A DNA stretch of 64,000 bases from positions 9-64,008 of the forward strand of contig JBQTHS010000095.1 of assembly GCA_052389635.1 (NCBI GenBank). The letters are read 5' to 3'. This document shows positions 38,427 through 47,927 of the stretch, piece by piece. This DNA comes from Bacteroidota bacterium. Lineage in GTDB: Bacteria; Bacteroidota; Bacteroidia; Chitinophagales; Chitinophagaceae. The position numbers and the translations under genes are program-made. Within the stretch, counting starts at the first letter, position 1. Each line of letters begins with the position of its first letter. The notes beneath the pieces are model-generated. The model ran no database searches. It saw nothing but the letters and a program-made list of their open reading frames with translations, and had not been told where the DNA came from.

Positions 38427-38874
38427 GTTTTGCTATAATCGCATCACAGGCCTGTTCAATTAGTTTATATGATTCATGATAACCAGGCTCAGGTCCGTAC
38501 CAGGGATCCGGAACATCCATATTCGTTCCGGGATACAGTTCATTCATCAGCCACTCAGCTTTGCCAACATCAAATTTTTTACCGGCAATTCTTTTCATCT
38601 CATCCATCACATCATCCGCCAGCGCATATATCTTGTCATATACTTCAAAATCTTCTGCCCTGAACCTTCTTGCCCTTTGCCGGCTGATGTCAATCCCGTT
38701 CAGCCGCGCCACTTTTTGCGATAGCGGATGCGGCGGCTCGCCGGTATGATAACTGTTGGTGCCGGCGCTTTCGATGCTCCATGTTAAACCTGACCTAAAA
38801 GCCTTGTCCTGAAGAATACCCTCCGCCAGCGGGCTGCGGCAGATATTGCCAAGGCAAACCATCAAAATTTTCAT
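38389..38874 (-). CDS. Low-molecular-weight protein-tyrosine phosphatase
   Basis: Motifs VCLGNICRSP, SAGT and DPWYG. The start was moved to MKIL at 38874. Confidence 0.93.
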   Translation of the reverse strand: MKILMVCLGNICRSPLAEGILQDKAFRSGLTWSIESAGTNSYHTGEPPHPLSQKVARLNGIDISRQRARRFRAEDFEVYDKIYALADDVMDEMKRIAGKKFDVGKAEWLMNELYPGTNMDVPDPWYGPEPGYHESYKLIEQACDAIIAKHSIFNTQYSMNQ

Positions 38875-38990
38875 AGCGCAAATGTCCGGCAAAATGGATA
38901 ATTATTAATTATTAACTAATAAATATTTCCAGAAGGGGATGGTATGTGGAATTTGAGAGAAATAACATCTGAATAAACAAACACAGCACC

Positions 38991-39812
38991 ATGACAAACA
39001 AGGAAATTATGCAGGCCAGTTTGCTTGATATACTCTTCGAGCACAGGAACAAAGATTATGGCGCTTACGCACTGCGCAAAACATATGATGTCAGGTTGCT
39101 GACAGCTCTCGGTACAGGACTATCTGTTGTGTTTCTCCTGATATTTTTTGCTTTGATAAACAGGACGGATAAAACGGTTACCGCTCCTGAAAAAGAGAAG
39201 GGCATTATCCTGAAAGAATATGTATTGCCCAAAGAAAAAATAAAAGAGCCTGATCCCGTCAAAGCGCCAGCCAAACAAAAGCCAGCTGTGAAAACAGCGC
39301 AGGTGAAATTCACCAGCCGGATTGATATTAAAAAAGATAACCTTGTCAAAAGCCCTGTTACCTCCGTGGAAAACCTGAAGGACAAACAGCCCGGAACTGA
39401 AAATACACCCGGCAAGCCGGATGATGGCACACCCAAGGCGCCGGAGACCCCTGTAACCGGAAATAGCCCCGGGAACATTACCGTACCGGAAATACCCAAA
39501 GAATTTGTTCCTATGGAACGGGATCCTGAGTTTCCCGGCGGCCCGGCAGCCCTGCATAAGTTCCTGACCAAAAACCTCAATACGCCGGAAGACCTTGAAG
39601 CCGGAGAGAAAAAAGTAGTTAAAATCAGGTTTAAGGTAGGTAAGGATGGTGCCGTGAACAGCTTTGAAATAGTGACCAGCGGGGGCAGTGAGTTTGACAG
39701 CGAAGTGCTCCGGGTATGTAAAAAAATGCCCCGCTGGACGCCTGCCCTGCAAAACGGGATAAATGTGGATGTGAGTTATATGATACCCGTAACATTTGTG
39801 GGGCCTGAGTAA
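38991..39812 (+). CDS. tonB: Energy transducer TonB
   Basis: Motif LLDILFEHRNKDYGAY, one TM helix, a Pro/Lys-rich linker and a C-terminal PEFPGG domain. Confidence 0.9.
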   Translation: MTNKEIMQASLLDILFEHRNKDYGAYALRKTYDVRLLTALGTGLSVVFLLIFFALINRTDKTVTAPEKEKGIILKEYVLPKEKIKEPDPVKAPAKQKPAVKTAQVKFTSRIDIKKDNLVKSPVTSVENLKDKQPGTENTPGKPDDGTPKAPETPVTGNSPGNITVPEIPKEFVPMERDPEFPGGPAALHKFLTKNLNTPEDLEAGEKKVVKIRFKVGKDGAVNSFEIVTSGGSEFDSEVLRVCKKMPRWTPALQNGINVDVSYMIPVTFVGPE

Positions 39813-39841
39813 TAAAATTTTAATAATTTGCTGCACATCAT

Positions 39842-39878
39842 TCGTCCCTGGCAAATGGCTTTTGCCGGGGACGATTTG
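39842..39878 (+). terminator. Strong hairpin after tonB (possible terminator)
   Basis: TCGTCCCTGGCAAA-TGGCT-TTTGCCGGGGACGA, followed only by TTTG. Confidence 0.45.
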
Positions 39879-39895
39879 TCAGAAAAAACACCGCA

Positions 39896-40144
39896 ATGTT
39901 TGAAGAATACGAAAAGAAGAAACGGAAACAGGTGACTCAAATGAAATCCCTGATGGACTACGGCATGGGCATCCTCATTTTTTTACTGGGATTGTTCTTC
40001 CTGTTCCGTAGCCAGTTGGGAGACTTTCCGCTGAATGAAAGACTCGGCAAACCCGATGTGCTAGAAAAAATATTTGGCAGTATCTGTGTGCTGTATGGCG
40101 GCTGGCGCATCTACAGGGGGTATAAGAAAAATTATTTTAAATGA
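39896..40144 (+). CDS. Small two-TM membrane protein
   Basis: Two hydrophobic segments and YGGWRIYRG; its stop overlaps the next ATG. Confidence 0.8.
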   Translation: MFEEYEKKKRKQVTQMKSLMDYGMGILIFLLGLFFLFRSQLGDFPLNERLGKPDVLEKIFGSICVLYGGWRIYRGYKKNYFK

Positions 40145-41091
40145 TTACCCTCCCTGTTTTGAAAAACCTGAACCCGATAGCTATCGGGTGTTCAACGGTA
40201 ATCATTTGCCTGTTGCTGCTAACTTCCTGCAAATCGTATGATGAACAACAGGATGAACTGCCCGATAATAAATACAGGGGCACCATTCATGTAAGCGCCG
40301 ATGAATCTTTCAAGCCCATCATTGACGAGCATGTGCTGGTATATGAATCGCAGCACCCGGATACAAAGATCCTGGTGGATTATAAACCCGAAGCCGAATG
40401 CCTGAAAGACCTGCCGGTGGATACCGTGAAGATGGTGATAGCCACCCGGAAGGCCAGTGAAGAGGAGAAAGAGTTTATTGCCGATACCCTAAAAAAACAA
40501 CTCCGCAGTATGACGCTGGCGCTGGATGCAGTAGCAGTCATTGTTCACCCTGCATCGCCCGATTCACTCTTCACCCTGCAGGAGATCAGGGAAATACTGA
40601 CAGGGAAGTTTAAGAAAAATTTAATTCCTGTATTTGACGGGGTGAAAGCAACCAGTACGGTGCGTTTTATCATCGATTCTGTGCTGCGGGGGGATTCACT
40701 AACACCCGCCGCCATGGCAGCCCGCAGCAGCGAAGGGGTGATTGACTATGTCTCAAAAAATCCCGGGGTAATTGGTTTTATCGGCATCAGCTGGATAGGC
40801 AACCCCGAAGACACAGCACAGATGAGTTTTTTGAAAAAAGTGAGACTGGCCGCACTGGAAAGCACCGACCAGCCCGGCAAATTTGTAAAAGCTTATCAGG
40901 CAAATATTTATCTGAGACGTTATCCGATGGTACGGGATTTGGTTTACATACTTAAAGAAAACTACAAAGGACTTGGAACGGCGTTTGCAAACTTTATGAG
41001 CGGAGAGACAGGACAGTTGATCTTCAGAAGGGCTTACCTGATACCCGCCCAAAAAAATTTCGGGATCAGGCCGGCGAAGCTGAAGGAGTAA
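40141..41091 (+). CDS. PstS-like substrate-binding lipoprotein
   Basis: Lipobox LTSC; motifs ADESFKPII, ALDAVAVIVH and YP.VRDLVYI. Confidence 0.85.
   Translation: MITLPVLKNLNPIAIGCSTVIICLLLLTSCKSYDEQQDELPDNKYRGTIHVSADESFKPIIDEHVLVYESQHPDTKILVDYKPEAECLKDLPVDTVKMVIATRKASEEEKEFIADTLKKQLRSMTLALDAVAVIVHPASPDSLFTLQEIREILTGKFKKNLIPVFDGVKATSTVRFIIDSVLRGDSLTPAAMAARSSEGVIDYVSKNPGVIGFIGISWIGNPEDTAQMSFLKKVRLAALESTDQPGKFVKAYQANIYLRRYPMVRDLVYILKENYKGLGTAFANFMSGETGQLIFRRAYLIPAQKNFGIRPAKLKE
40172..40189. repeat. Perfect 18-bp palindrome within the signal peptide
   Basis: ACCCGATAGCTATCGGGT, encoding PIAIG in frame. Confidence 0.75.
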
Positions 41092-41136
41092 AGAAAGGAC
41101 TTATTTATATTTACAAACTCTAAAAGAAGAAGTAAA

Positions 41137-42900
41137 ATGAAGAAAACCACTATCGCATTTTTAATGTCCGGATTGCTGCTGATGTCCGGCGTTAACGCAC
41201 AGAGCATACAGGAGGGCATGAACCACCTGTATGCGGGCAGGATCAAAAATGCCACCGGTGTATTTGAGAAATTACTCGCTGTTAACCCTAACGACATCAA
41301 TGCAATTTACTGGCTGGGGCAGACAAAGCTGGAAAGCGATGAGATCATGAGTTCACGGATCGCCGGCGCCCGGACTGTGTATGAAAAAGCCCTGCAGACC
41401 ACCAATGGCGCCCCGCTGATAAAAGTGGGTATGGGTCATGTGCTTTTGCTGGCCGATAAACCGGAAGAGGCCCGTCAGCAATTTGAATCGGCGCTGACTA
41501 TGACCCGGAATAAAAAAGGAGACGATCCGGTAATAGCCACAGCGATTGGCCGGGCCATTACGGATGCAAAGTCAGCGGATCACAAATATGCTGTGAAATT
41601 GCTGGAAGATGCAGCGCTGAAGGATCCTAAAAATACAGAAACATTATTGCAGCTTGGTAACGCTTACCGCAAGGCCGGCGAAGGAAGTGGGGGCGGCCCT
41701 GCCTTTACCACTTATAAAAAAGCACTGGAAGTAAATCCTGGTTTTGCTACAGCGAGCCTGAGGCTGGCAAAATTGTTTGAATCACAAAAGAACTGGGACC
41801 TGGTATTGCAATACCTGAATGAGGCCATTGCGAAGGATGCCAAATTCACAGCAGCATATTATGAGCTTTTCTATTACTACTTCTACCGGGCAAAATTTGA
41901 TGAAGCAGAAGGGTATCTGCAAAAATATATTGACAGCAAACTGCCGGAATCAGATATCCAGGACCAGTTCCTGTACGGGCAGCTTTGTTATGCCAGGAAG
42001 AATTTAGATTGTGCCATCACCAAAGGGGAAACGGTGGTGGCCAATACGGGCAAGAGTACAAAACCTAAGGTTTACCGTATGCTGGCTTATGCCTATTTTG
42101 ATAAAGGGGATTATGAGAATGCCAAGAAATACAGCGATCAGTTCTTTGTTTATAAAAACCCGGATGATTATATCTCCAATGACCATAAACTGAGAGCGGA
42201 TATAATGTCTAAGACCGGCGGATCACCCGATGAAATTTATGTGAACTATACCCAGGGCGCTGAACTTGATACGACGCTGGCAGATAAGGTGGATTTCCTG
42301 AAGAAAGGTATTGCCTACTTTAAGGAAAGAAAAATATGGGACAAGCAGGCGATGCTTCTTGAAACAGTAATTGGCCTCAAGCCGAACCCCAACATCAATG
42401 AGTATTTTGATCTGATGTATGCTTATTATAATGACGACAAAAATTCAAAAGCAAGAGACGCTGCCCTGATCATGCGGGATAAATATACCGACCAGGTGTT
42501 TGGTTTCGAATGGGCCTTCAGGAATTCCGTATTAATTGACACCGTGAAAAGGGACAGCATTGCGGTTCCCGATGCGCTGAAACTCTATGAATTCACCCAG
42601 AAAGACACGGTCAGGTTCCGGGGCCAGTATATTAACTCGGTAAGGTACCTGGCCGGTTATTATATCAATACAGCCAAAGACAAAGAAAAGGCACTGGAAT
42701 TCTTTAAAAAATGGCAGGACGCAGATACAGCCAATGCTGCAACCATCCAGAACTATATTGACCAGATAAAGAAAGCACCTGCGACCAAGCCTGCTCCTGC
42801 CAAGGGAACGGGAAAAATAAAGCAGTCCGCGGCAAAGAAACCTGCAACAACGAAATCGAAGGCCACAACTGTCAAGAAGGATATAGTGGCAAAGCAGTAA
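41137..42900 (+). CDS. Secreted tetratricopeptide repeat protein
   Basis: Signal peptide, repeated TPR-like helices and a Lys/Ala-rich tail. Confidence 0.88.
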   Translation: MKKTTIAFLMSGLLLMSGVNAQSIQEGMNHLYAGRIKNATGVFEKLLAVNPNDINAIYWLGQTKLESDEIMSSRIAGARTVYEKALQTTNGAPLIKVGMGHVLLLADKPEEARQQFESALTMTRNKKGDDPVIATAIGRAITDAKSADHKYAVKLLEDAALKDPKNTETLLQLGNAYRKAGEGSGGGPAFTTYKKALEVNPGFATASLRLAKLFESQKNWDLVLQYLNEAIAKDAKFTAAYYELFYYYFYRAKFDEAEGYLQKYIDSKLPESDIQDQFLYGQLCYARKNLDCAITKGETVVANTGKSTKPKVYRMLAYAYFDKGDYENAKKYSDQFFVYKNPDDYISNDHKLRADIMSKTGGSPDEIYVNYTQGAELDTTLADKVDFLKKGIAYFKERKIWDKQAMLLETVIGLKPNPNINEYFDLMYAYYNDDKNSKARDAALIMRDKYTDQVFGFEWAFRNSVLIDTVKRDSIAVPDALKLYEFTQKDTVRFRGQYINSVRYLAGYYINTAKDKEKALEFFKKWQDADTANAATIQNYIDQIKKAPATKPAPAKGTGKIKQSAAKKPATTKSKATTVKKDIVAKQ

Positions 42901-42929
42901 AACTCGGTTTTCTTCTTTTACAATGGAAG

Positions 42930-42958
42930 TCCCCTGCCGGCGACGGTGGGGGATTTTT
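42930..42958 (+). terminator. Intrinsic terminator after the TPR gene
   Basis: TCCCCTGCC...GGTGGGGGA followed by TTTTT. Confidence 0.6.
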
Positions 42959-43042
42959 CTTGCGAGGCGTAGCCGAAGCAAACTCTCTGTATTATCAAAA
43001 TAGGAAGGGGTCATTTTATCGGGAAATTTCAACCCACCACCT

Positions 43043-43050
43043 TATTTTTG
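43043..43050 (+). promoter_or_regulatory. -7 promoter box TATTTTTG for the nuo operon
   Basis: Exact match 16 bp upstream of the nuoA ATG. Confidence 0.6.
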
Positions 43051-43066
43051 CCGCAAGTAAAGGCCT

Positions 43067-43462
43067 ATGATTCATTTACTTCAAACGGGGGCAGGGTTAG
43101 ACAGTGCCCAATCATACCTGCCGGTAGCTTTGCAGGTGGCAATAGCGGTGGGCCTGGTGGTTTTTCTGACATTTGTTACTCATTTACTCGGCCCGAAAAG
43201 AAAAACCTCCGATAAACTGCAAAACTTTGCCAGCGGTATAGAAAGCCATGGCGATGCCCGCCAGCCGATGGCCATCAAATATTTCCTTACTGCCATTCTT
43301 TTTGTGTTATTTGATGTGGAAGTAATATTCTTTTATCCTTATGCCGTGAATTTTAAAGGCCTGGGTTGGCCGGGTTTTTGGGCTGTACTGATGTTTGTTG
43401 GATTTTTCCTTTGTGGGTTTATATATATTATTAAAAAAGGGGCATTGAAGTGGGAGGATTAA
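43067..43462 (+). CDS. nuoA: NADH-quinone oxidoreductase subunit A
   Basis: Motifs FASGIE, KYFLTAILFVLFDVE and KKGALKWE. Confidence 0.95.
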   Translation: MIHLLQTGAGLDSAQSYLPVALQVAIAVGLVVFLTFVTHLLGPKRKTSDKLQNFASGIESHGDARQPMAIKYFLTAILFVLFDVEVIFFYPYAVNFKGLGWPGFWAVLMFVGFFLCGFIYIIKKGALKWED

Positions 43463-43676
43463 ACCCCTGTCCCCGCCGGCTGGCGGGGAACTTAGAGACG
43501 GAAATTTTGTTATACCAGTTAAAAAGCTCTTATGATAGTAAGTTGAATGTTTATGTTACCAACTTTAGTTCCCTGATTGGGCTTGAGTTGCGTCGCACAT
43601 TTCAACTGTCGTAATTCTAATCATCAATAAACAATCTCCGTGTAAACGGAGTACAAAGCCCCTTTAGGGGTTGGGG
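43463..43676. repeat. Composite repeat region at the nuoA/B junction
   Basis: ACCCCTGT CCCCGCCGGCTGGCGGGG AACTT (43463-43493), GTTGCGTCGCAC (43587-43598), palindrome CTCCGTGTAAACGGAG (43636-43651), and the reverse arm AAAGCCCCTTTAGGGGTTGGGG (43655-43676). Confidence 0.75.
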
Positions 43677-43680
43677 TTCC

Positions 43681-44265
43681 ATGGCTCGTCCTGTATCATA
43701 TAATCTTATCAAAAAGCCGCTGGAAAGCGACATCAGCATAGCTGAGATGCCCGAAGGTCAGCAGGGTGAAGGTTTTTTCGCCACCAAACTCAACACGGTG
43801 ATTGGGCTGGCAAGAAAAAACTCCATCTGGCCTTTGCCTTTTGCTACGTCCTGCTGTGGAATTGAGTTCATGGCTACGATGGGTTCACATTATGATTTGG
43901 CAAGATTTGGTTCTGAAAGAGTAGGCTTTTCACCCCGTCAGTGTGATTTACTGATGGTGATGGGAACTATTGCAAAAAAGATGGGTCCGGTGCTGAAGCA
44001 AGTATATCTGCAAATGGCTGAACCCCGTTGGGTGATTGCTGTAGGTGCCTGTGCCAGCAGTGGCGGTATTTTCGATACCTACAGTGTCTTGCAGGGCATT
44101 GACCAGGTAATACCGGTGGATGTGTATGTGCCGGGTTGCCCGCCAAGACCAGAAGCAATTATTGATGGTGTGATAAGAGTACAGGATTTGGTGGGTAAAG
44201 AAAGTTTGAGACGAAGAAATGGAGAAAAGTATAAGTTATTATTAGAAAGTTATGGCATCCAATAA
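43681..44265 (+). CDS. nuoB: NADH-quinone oxidoreductase subunit B
   Basis: Motifs ATSCCGIE, GACASSGG and VPGCPPRPE. Confidence 0.97.
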   Translation: MARPVSYNLIKKPLESDISIAEMPEGQQGEGFFATKLNTVIGLARKNSIWPLPFATSCCGIEFMATMGSHYDLARFGSERVGFSPRQCDLLMVMGTIAKKMGPVLKQVYLQMAEPRWVIAVGACASSGGIFDTYSVLQGIDQVIPVDVYVPGCPPRPEAIIDGVIRVQDLVGKESLRRRNGEKYKLLLESYGIQ

Positions 44266-44269
44266 AAGC

Positions 44270-44773
44270 ATGGCACTAACTAACGGGCATATCAAACAAA
44301 GACTGACTGATAAATTTCCCGGGCAGGTGATTGGCTTCGAAGAACCATATGGGATGCTCACCTTCGAAGCACCAAAAGAACTGAACCTGAAGGTGCTTAA
44401 TTTTTTATACGATGATGAGGAATTGAAGTTTCGTTTCCTGACCACCCTGGGCGGTGTGCATTATCCCCAAAATAAAGGAAGAGAGCTTGCCATTGTTTAT
44501 CATTTGCATAATATGACAGACAATGTCCGTATCCGGTTCAAAGTGTTTACAGATATAAATCAACCTGATATTTATACTGCCACAGGATTATTTTCTGCGG
44601 CTAACTGGATGGAGAGAGAGACCTATGATTTCTTCGGGATAAACTTTGTTGGTCACCCGAAGCTTAAAAGAATTTTGAATGTGGATGAAATGGATTATTT
44701 CCCGATGCGGAAAGAGTTTCCATTGGAAGACCAGACAAGGATTGACAAGGATGATGAGATGTTTGGGAGGTAA
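44270..44773 (+). CDS. nuoC: NADH-quinone oxidoreductase subunit C
   Basis: Motifs ANWMERETYDFFGINF and GHPKLKRIL. The start was moved from 44252 to ATG 44270. Confidence 0.95.
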   Translation: MALTNGHIKQRLTDKFPGQVIGFEEPYGMLTFEAPKELNLKVLNFLYDDEELKFRFLTTLGGVHYPQNKGRELAIVYHLHNMTDNVRIRFKVFTDINQPDIYTATGLFSAANWMERETYDFFGINFVGHPKLKRILNVDEMDYFPMRKEFPLEDQTRIDKDDEMFGR

Positions 44774-45241
44774 AGCCTCCCCAAACCCCTCCGCATGAAG
44801 GGGCTTTAGAACCTGATTAGAGAGAGCTGGATTCTTGGTTTTGAAAATGAAATGGTACAAAGATGATCAGGTTCTTGGTTGGATAATGCTATGTATTTTG
44901 ATAGTAGGGATTGTTTTGATAATGTCAGCATGTAATGGTGTCTTTCAGTTGTATCGAGGATATAGTCAACCAGCGTAACGAACGAAAAAGTAGCTAACGA
45001 TTAACTGGTATAGCCCCGTAGGGGCGGCATATTGGTAGCCGCGGATTTCAATCCGGGGTATAAATGAAGAAGAAGTGTTTTGAGTCCCGTAGGGGCGATA
45101 TATTTTGCTGAATGGAATTACAGAACGATGAAGGGAGCAAATCTTTCACTGGAAGATTTGAAGACAACAGACGATATTAGTAGTACAAGCGATGACAAAT
45201 TAAAAAAATTAAAATTCTCCGCCGGTTGGCGGAGATAGGGT
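44774..45241. repeat. Composite repeat region at the nuoC/D junction
   Basis: Left arm AGCCTCCCCAAACCCCTCC...AAGGGGCTTT (44774-44807), a tripartite palindromic element (45013-45096), a 30-bp motif (45170-45199) and the hairpin TCTCCGCCGGTTGGCGGAGA (45216-45235). Confidence 0.75.
44847..44978 (+). CDS. Candidate 43-aa single-TM or lipoprotein-like small protein
   Basis: MKWYKDDQVLGWIMLCILIVGIVLIMSACNGVFQLYRGYSQPA; below the ORF-track length cutoff. Confidence 0.35.
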   Translation: MKWYKDDQVLGWIMLCILIVGIVLIMSACNGVFQLYRGYSQPA

Positions 45242-45242
45242 C

Positions 45243-46466
45243 ATGAGTGAACAACATATCAAATTACCGGAAGGCTCGATTGAGAAAACCACCACTACGC
45301 TGAACCTGGGGCCCACCCACCCGGCTACACACGGGGTGATGCAGAACATCCTGGAACTGGATGGCGAACGAATTGTTTCTACTGAACAAACGATTGGTTA
45401 TATCCACCGTGCATTTGAAAAAATTGCTGAACGAAGACCACTCTATCAAATTACAACATTGACTGACAGGTTAAACTATTGTTCATCTCCCATCAACAAT
45501 ATGGGCTGGCATATTACCTGTGAAAAATTGCTGGGAGTGAAAACACCCAAGCGGGTTGATTATCTCCGGGTCATCATCATGGAGCTGGCAAGAATTTCTG
45601 ACCATTTGATTTGCAATTCGATCGTAGGCGTGGATGCCGGCGCTTACACCGGGTTTTTGTATGTGATGCAATACCGGGAACTGATTTATGAAATTTATGA
45701 AGAGGTTTGTGGGGCAAGATTGACCACCAACATTGGCCGTATCGGTGGATTTGAAAGAAACTTTAATGATATCGCTTTTCAGAAATTAGAAAAATTCCTG
45801 TCTGAATATCCCAAAGTGCTGAAAGAATTTGAAGGGCTGTTTCAGCGGAACAGGATATTCATGGAAAGAACAATAGGAACAGGGGCGATCAGTGCCGACA
45901 GGGCGTTGAATTATGGTTTCACCGGTCCTAATCTCCGTGCTGCCGGCGTGGATTATGATGTGAGGGTACATACGCCTTACAGCAGTTATGAGGATTTTCA
46001 ATTCAATATACCCGTGGGGACCACCGGCGATAATTATGACCGCTGGCTGGTGCGGGAAAAAGAAATGTGGGAGAGTCTGAGCATTATTGAACAGGCCTAT
46101 CAGAAAGTCCAGGAGTTTAAAGGTGCAGAAGCTGAAGTCTTTCATGCAGATGCGCCTGAATATTATTTGCCGGAAAAAGAAGAGGTATATACCAAAATGG
46201 AAGCATTGATTTACCATTTTAAAATTGTGATGGGCGAAATTGAAATTCCGAAAGGAGAAGTGTACCAGGCGGTGGAAGCCGGTAATGGCGAACTGGGCTT
46301 TTATTTAATCAGTGATGGCGGAAGAACACCCTATCGTTTGCATTTCCGCAGGCCCTGCTTTATTTATTACCAGGCTTTTGAAGAATTGACGAAAGGAGGA
46401 ATGCTGAGTGATGCGATCATAACGATGAGCAGCCTGAATCTGATTGCCGGCGAAATGGATTCTTAA
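45243..46466 (+). CDS. nuoD: NADH-quinone oxidoreductase subunit D
   Basis: Motifs [27 protein letters not shown] and GELGFY. Confidence 0.97.
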   Translation: MSEQHIKLPEGSIEKTTTTLNLGPTHPATHGVMQNILELDGERIVSTEQTIGYIHRAFEKIAERRPLYQITTLTDRLNYCSSPINNMGWHITCEKLLGVKTPKRVDYLRVIIMELARISDHLICNSIVGVDAGAYTGFLYVMQYRELIYEIYEEVCGARLTTNIGRIGGFERNFNDIAFQKLEKFLSEYPKVLKEFEGLFQRNRIFMERTIGTGAISADRALNYGFTGPNLRAAGVDYDVRVHTPYSSYEDFQFNIPVGTTGDNYDRWLVREKEMWESLSIIEQAYQKVQEFKGAEAEVFHADAPEYYLPEKEEVYTKMEALIYHFKIVMGEIEIPKGEVYQAVEAGNGELGFYLISDGGRTPYRLHFRRPCFIYYQAFEELTKGGMLSDAIITMSSLNLIAGEMDS

Positions 46467-46485
46467 TTAATAAGGGAGAGTTTAA

Positions 46486-46983
46486 ATGAAATTTTCTGAC
46501 GAAAAACTAAAAGAAGTACAGCGCATCATCGGTTTCTACCCGGAGGGGAAACAAAAAAGTGCAGTGATCCCGGTGCTGCATCTGGCCCAGCATGAATTTG
46601 GCGGCTGGCTTAATGCTGAGACGATGGACTATGTGGCTTCTTTGCTGCAACTGGAACCGATTGAAGTGTATGAAGTGGCGACTTTTTATAGCATGTACAA
46701 CCTGAAACCGGTTGGTAAATATATGTTTGAAGTTTGCCAGACCGGGCCTTGTATGCTGAACGGAAGCGATGATATTATTAAATATATCTATGACAAACTG
46801 GGCATCCGACCCGGTGAGACGACAGTAGATGGAATGTTTACGTTGAAAACTGTAGAATGCCTGGGCGCCTGTGGCTATGCACCGATGATGCAATTGGGAA
46901 AAAATTACCGGGAACACCTGACCAGGGAAAAAGTGGATGTGATAATTGAAGAATGCAGGAGAAGCCAGGCACAAAAAAATTAA
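46486..46983 (+). CDS. nuoE: NADH-quinone oxidoreductase subunit E
   Basis: Motifs VATFYSMY, CQTGPC and ECLGACGYAP. Confidence 0.96.
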   Translation: MKFSDEKLKEVQRIIGFYPEGKQKSAVIPVLHLAQHEFGGWLNAETMDYVASLLQLEPIEVYEVATFYSMYNLKPVGKYMFEVCQTGPCMLNGSDDIIKYIYDKLGIRPGETTVDGMFTLKTVECLGACGYAPMMQLGKNYREHLTREKVDVIIEECRRSQAQKN

Positions 46984-46984
46984 G

Positions 46985-47419
46985 ATGAAGAGCTACCTGG
47001 TAATATTTTTCCTGGCATTGTATTCGGCAGCCGGGGCACAGTCAAAAAAAACGGCAAAGGCGCTGGCGCATTCAAAACTGCTGGTGAAAACCATCTTTGA
47101 AACAAAGGACAGCGCTACCCTCGACGATCTTTTTGCACCGGGGATGAAACACCAGGCAGCCAACGGCAGAACAGAATCAAGGGAGGAGGCCATCCGGAAT
47201 ATTGCCGGTAACAGATCGGTGTTTGTGCAGGCGGATATGCTGAAAGGATACGGGGTGACGGAAGAAAAGGATTCATCGGTGGTGAAATACTTCTATAGGG
47301 GAAGGGAGAACAAGCCTGACGGGACATCATCGGTATACACGGCTAACCTGGTGATGGTATGGGTAAAGGAGAAAAAGGATGTGAAGTTGCTCAGGCTGGA
47401 AACAATAAAAATCGAGTAA
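46985..47419 (+). CDS. Secreted NTF2-like (DUF4440-like) protein
   Basis: Signal peptide from ATG 46985; its pattern resembles the adjacent NTF2-like gene. Confidence 0.7.
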   Translation: MKSYLVIFFLALYSAAGAQSKKTAKALAHSKLLVKTIFETKDSATLDDLFAPGMKHQAANGRTESREEAIRNIAGNRSVFVQADMLKGYGVTEEKDSSVVKYFYRGRENKPDGTSSVYTANLVMVWVKEKKDVKLLRLETIKIE

Positions 47420-47420
47420 T

Positions 47421-47837
47421 ATGCGGCTGTTCTTTGTGATGGGGTTGCTGGTTTCACAGTTGTCAGTTTTCGCCCAGGGCAATGAGGAAAAGCTGACAAC
47501 GACGCTGAAAGAATTTCACCAGGCATTGGTAAAAAAGAATACGGTTTCTATCAACCAGCAAACGGATAAGGCCCTGAGCTATGGACACAGCAACGGCTGG
47601 GTGGAAACAAAAGCTAATTTGATAAAAAACCTGGAAACAGGTTATCTGGATTATAAAAGTTATAAGGAAGACAGCCTTCAGGTGATGATTAGCGGAAGTG
47701 TTGCACATGCAAGGTTTATAGCGGATATAAATGTGACGATGAATGGAAAGGAAGGTAACTATCATTTGAAAGTGCTGGAAGTGTGGGTCAGGAAAGGGAA
47801 ACGGTGGTTGTTGTTTGCGAGACAGGCGGTGAGATAG
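47421..47837 (+). CDS. Secreted NTF2-like (DUF4440) protein
   Basis: Signal peptide; motifs LSYGHSNG and VLEVWV...WLLFARQA. Confidence 0.8.
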   Translation: MRLFFVMGLLVSQLSVFAQGNEEKLTTTLKEFHQALVKKNTVSINQQTDKALSYGHSNGWVETKANLIKNLETGYLDYKSYKEDSLQVMISGSVAHARFIADINVTMNGKEGNYHLKVLEVWVRKGKRWLLFARQAVR

Positions 47838-47843
47838 AAAAAA

Positions 47844-47919
47844 AGAATAAGGAATAAGAAATAAGGAATGAGGAAGTAGTTTTAAAGGCCAGCAGCTAAT
47901 GGCTATCAGCTGATAGCTA
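47844..47919. repeat. Two heptamer arrays before nuoF
   Basis: AGAATAA GGAATAA GAAATAA GGAATGA GGAAGTA (47844-47878), then GCCAGCA GCTAATG GCTATCA GCTGATA GCTA, which contains the perfect palindrome GCTATCAGCTGATAGC (47902-47917). Confidence 0.75.
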
Positions 47920-47927
47920 TATATAAT

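Noticed and set aside
45128-45213. Short ORF beginning MKGANLSLEDLKTTDD
   Set aside because: It is under 30 codons and coincides with the repeat shared with 53339-53368, so it is better explained as repeat DNA.
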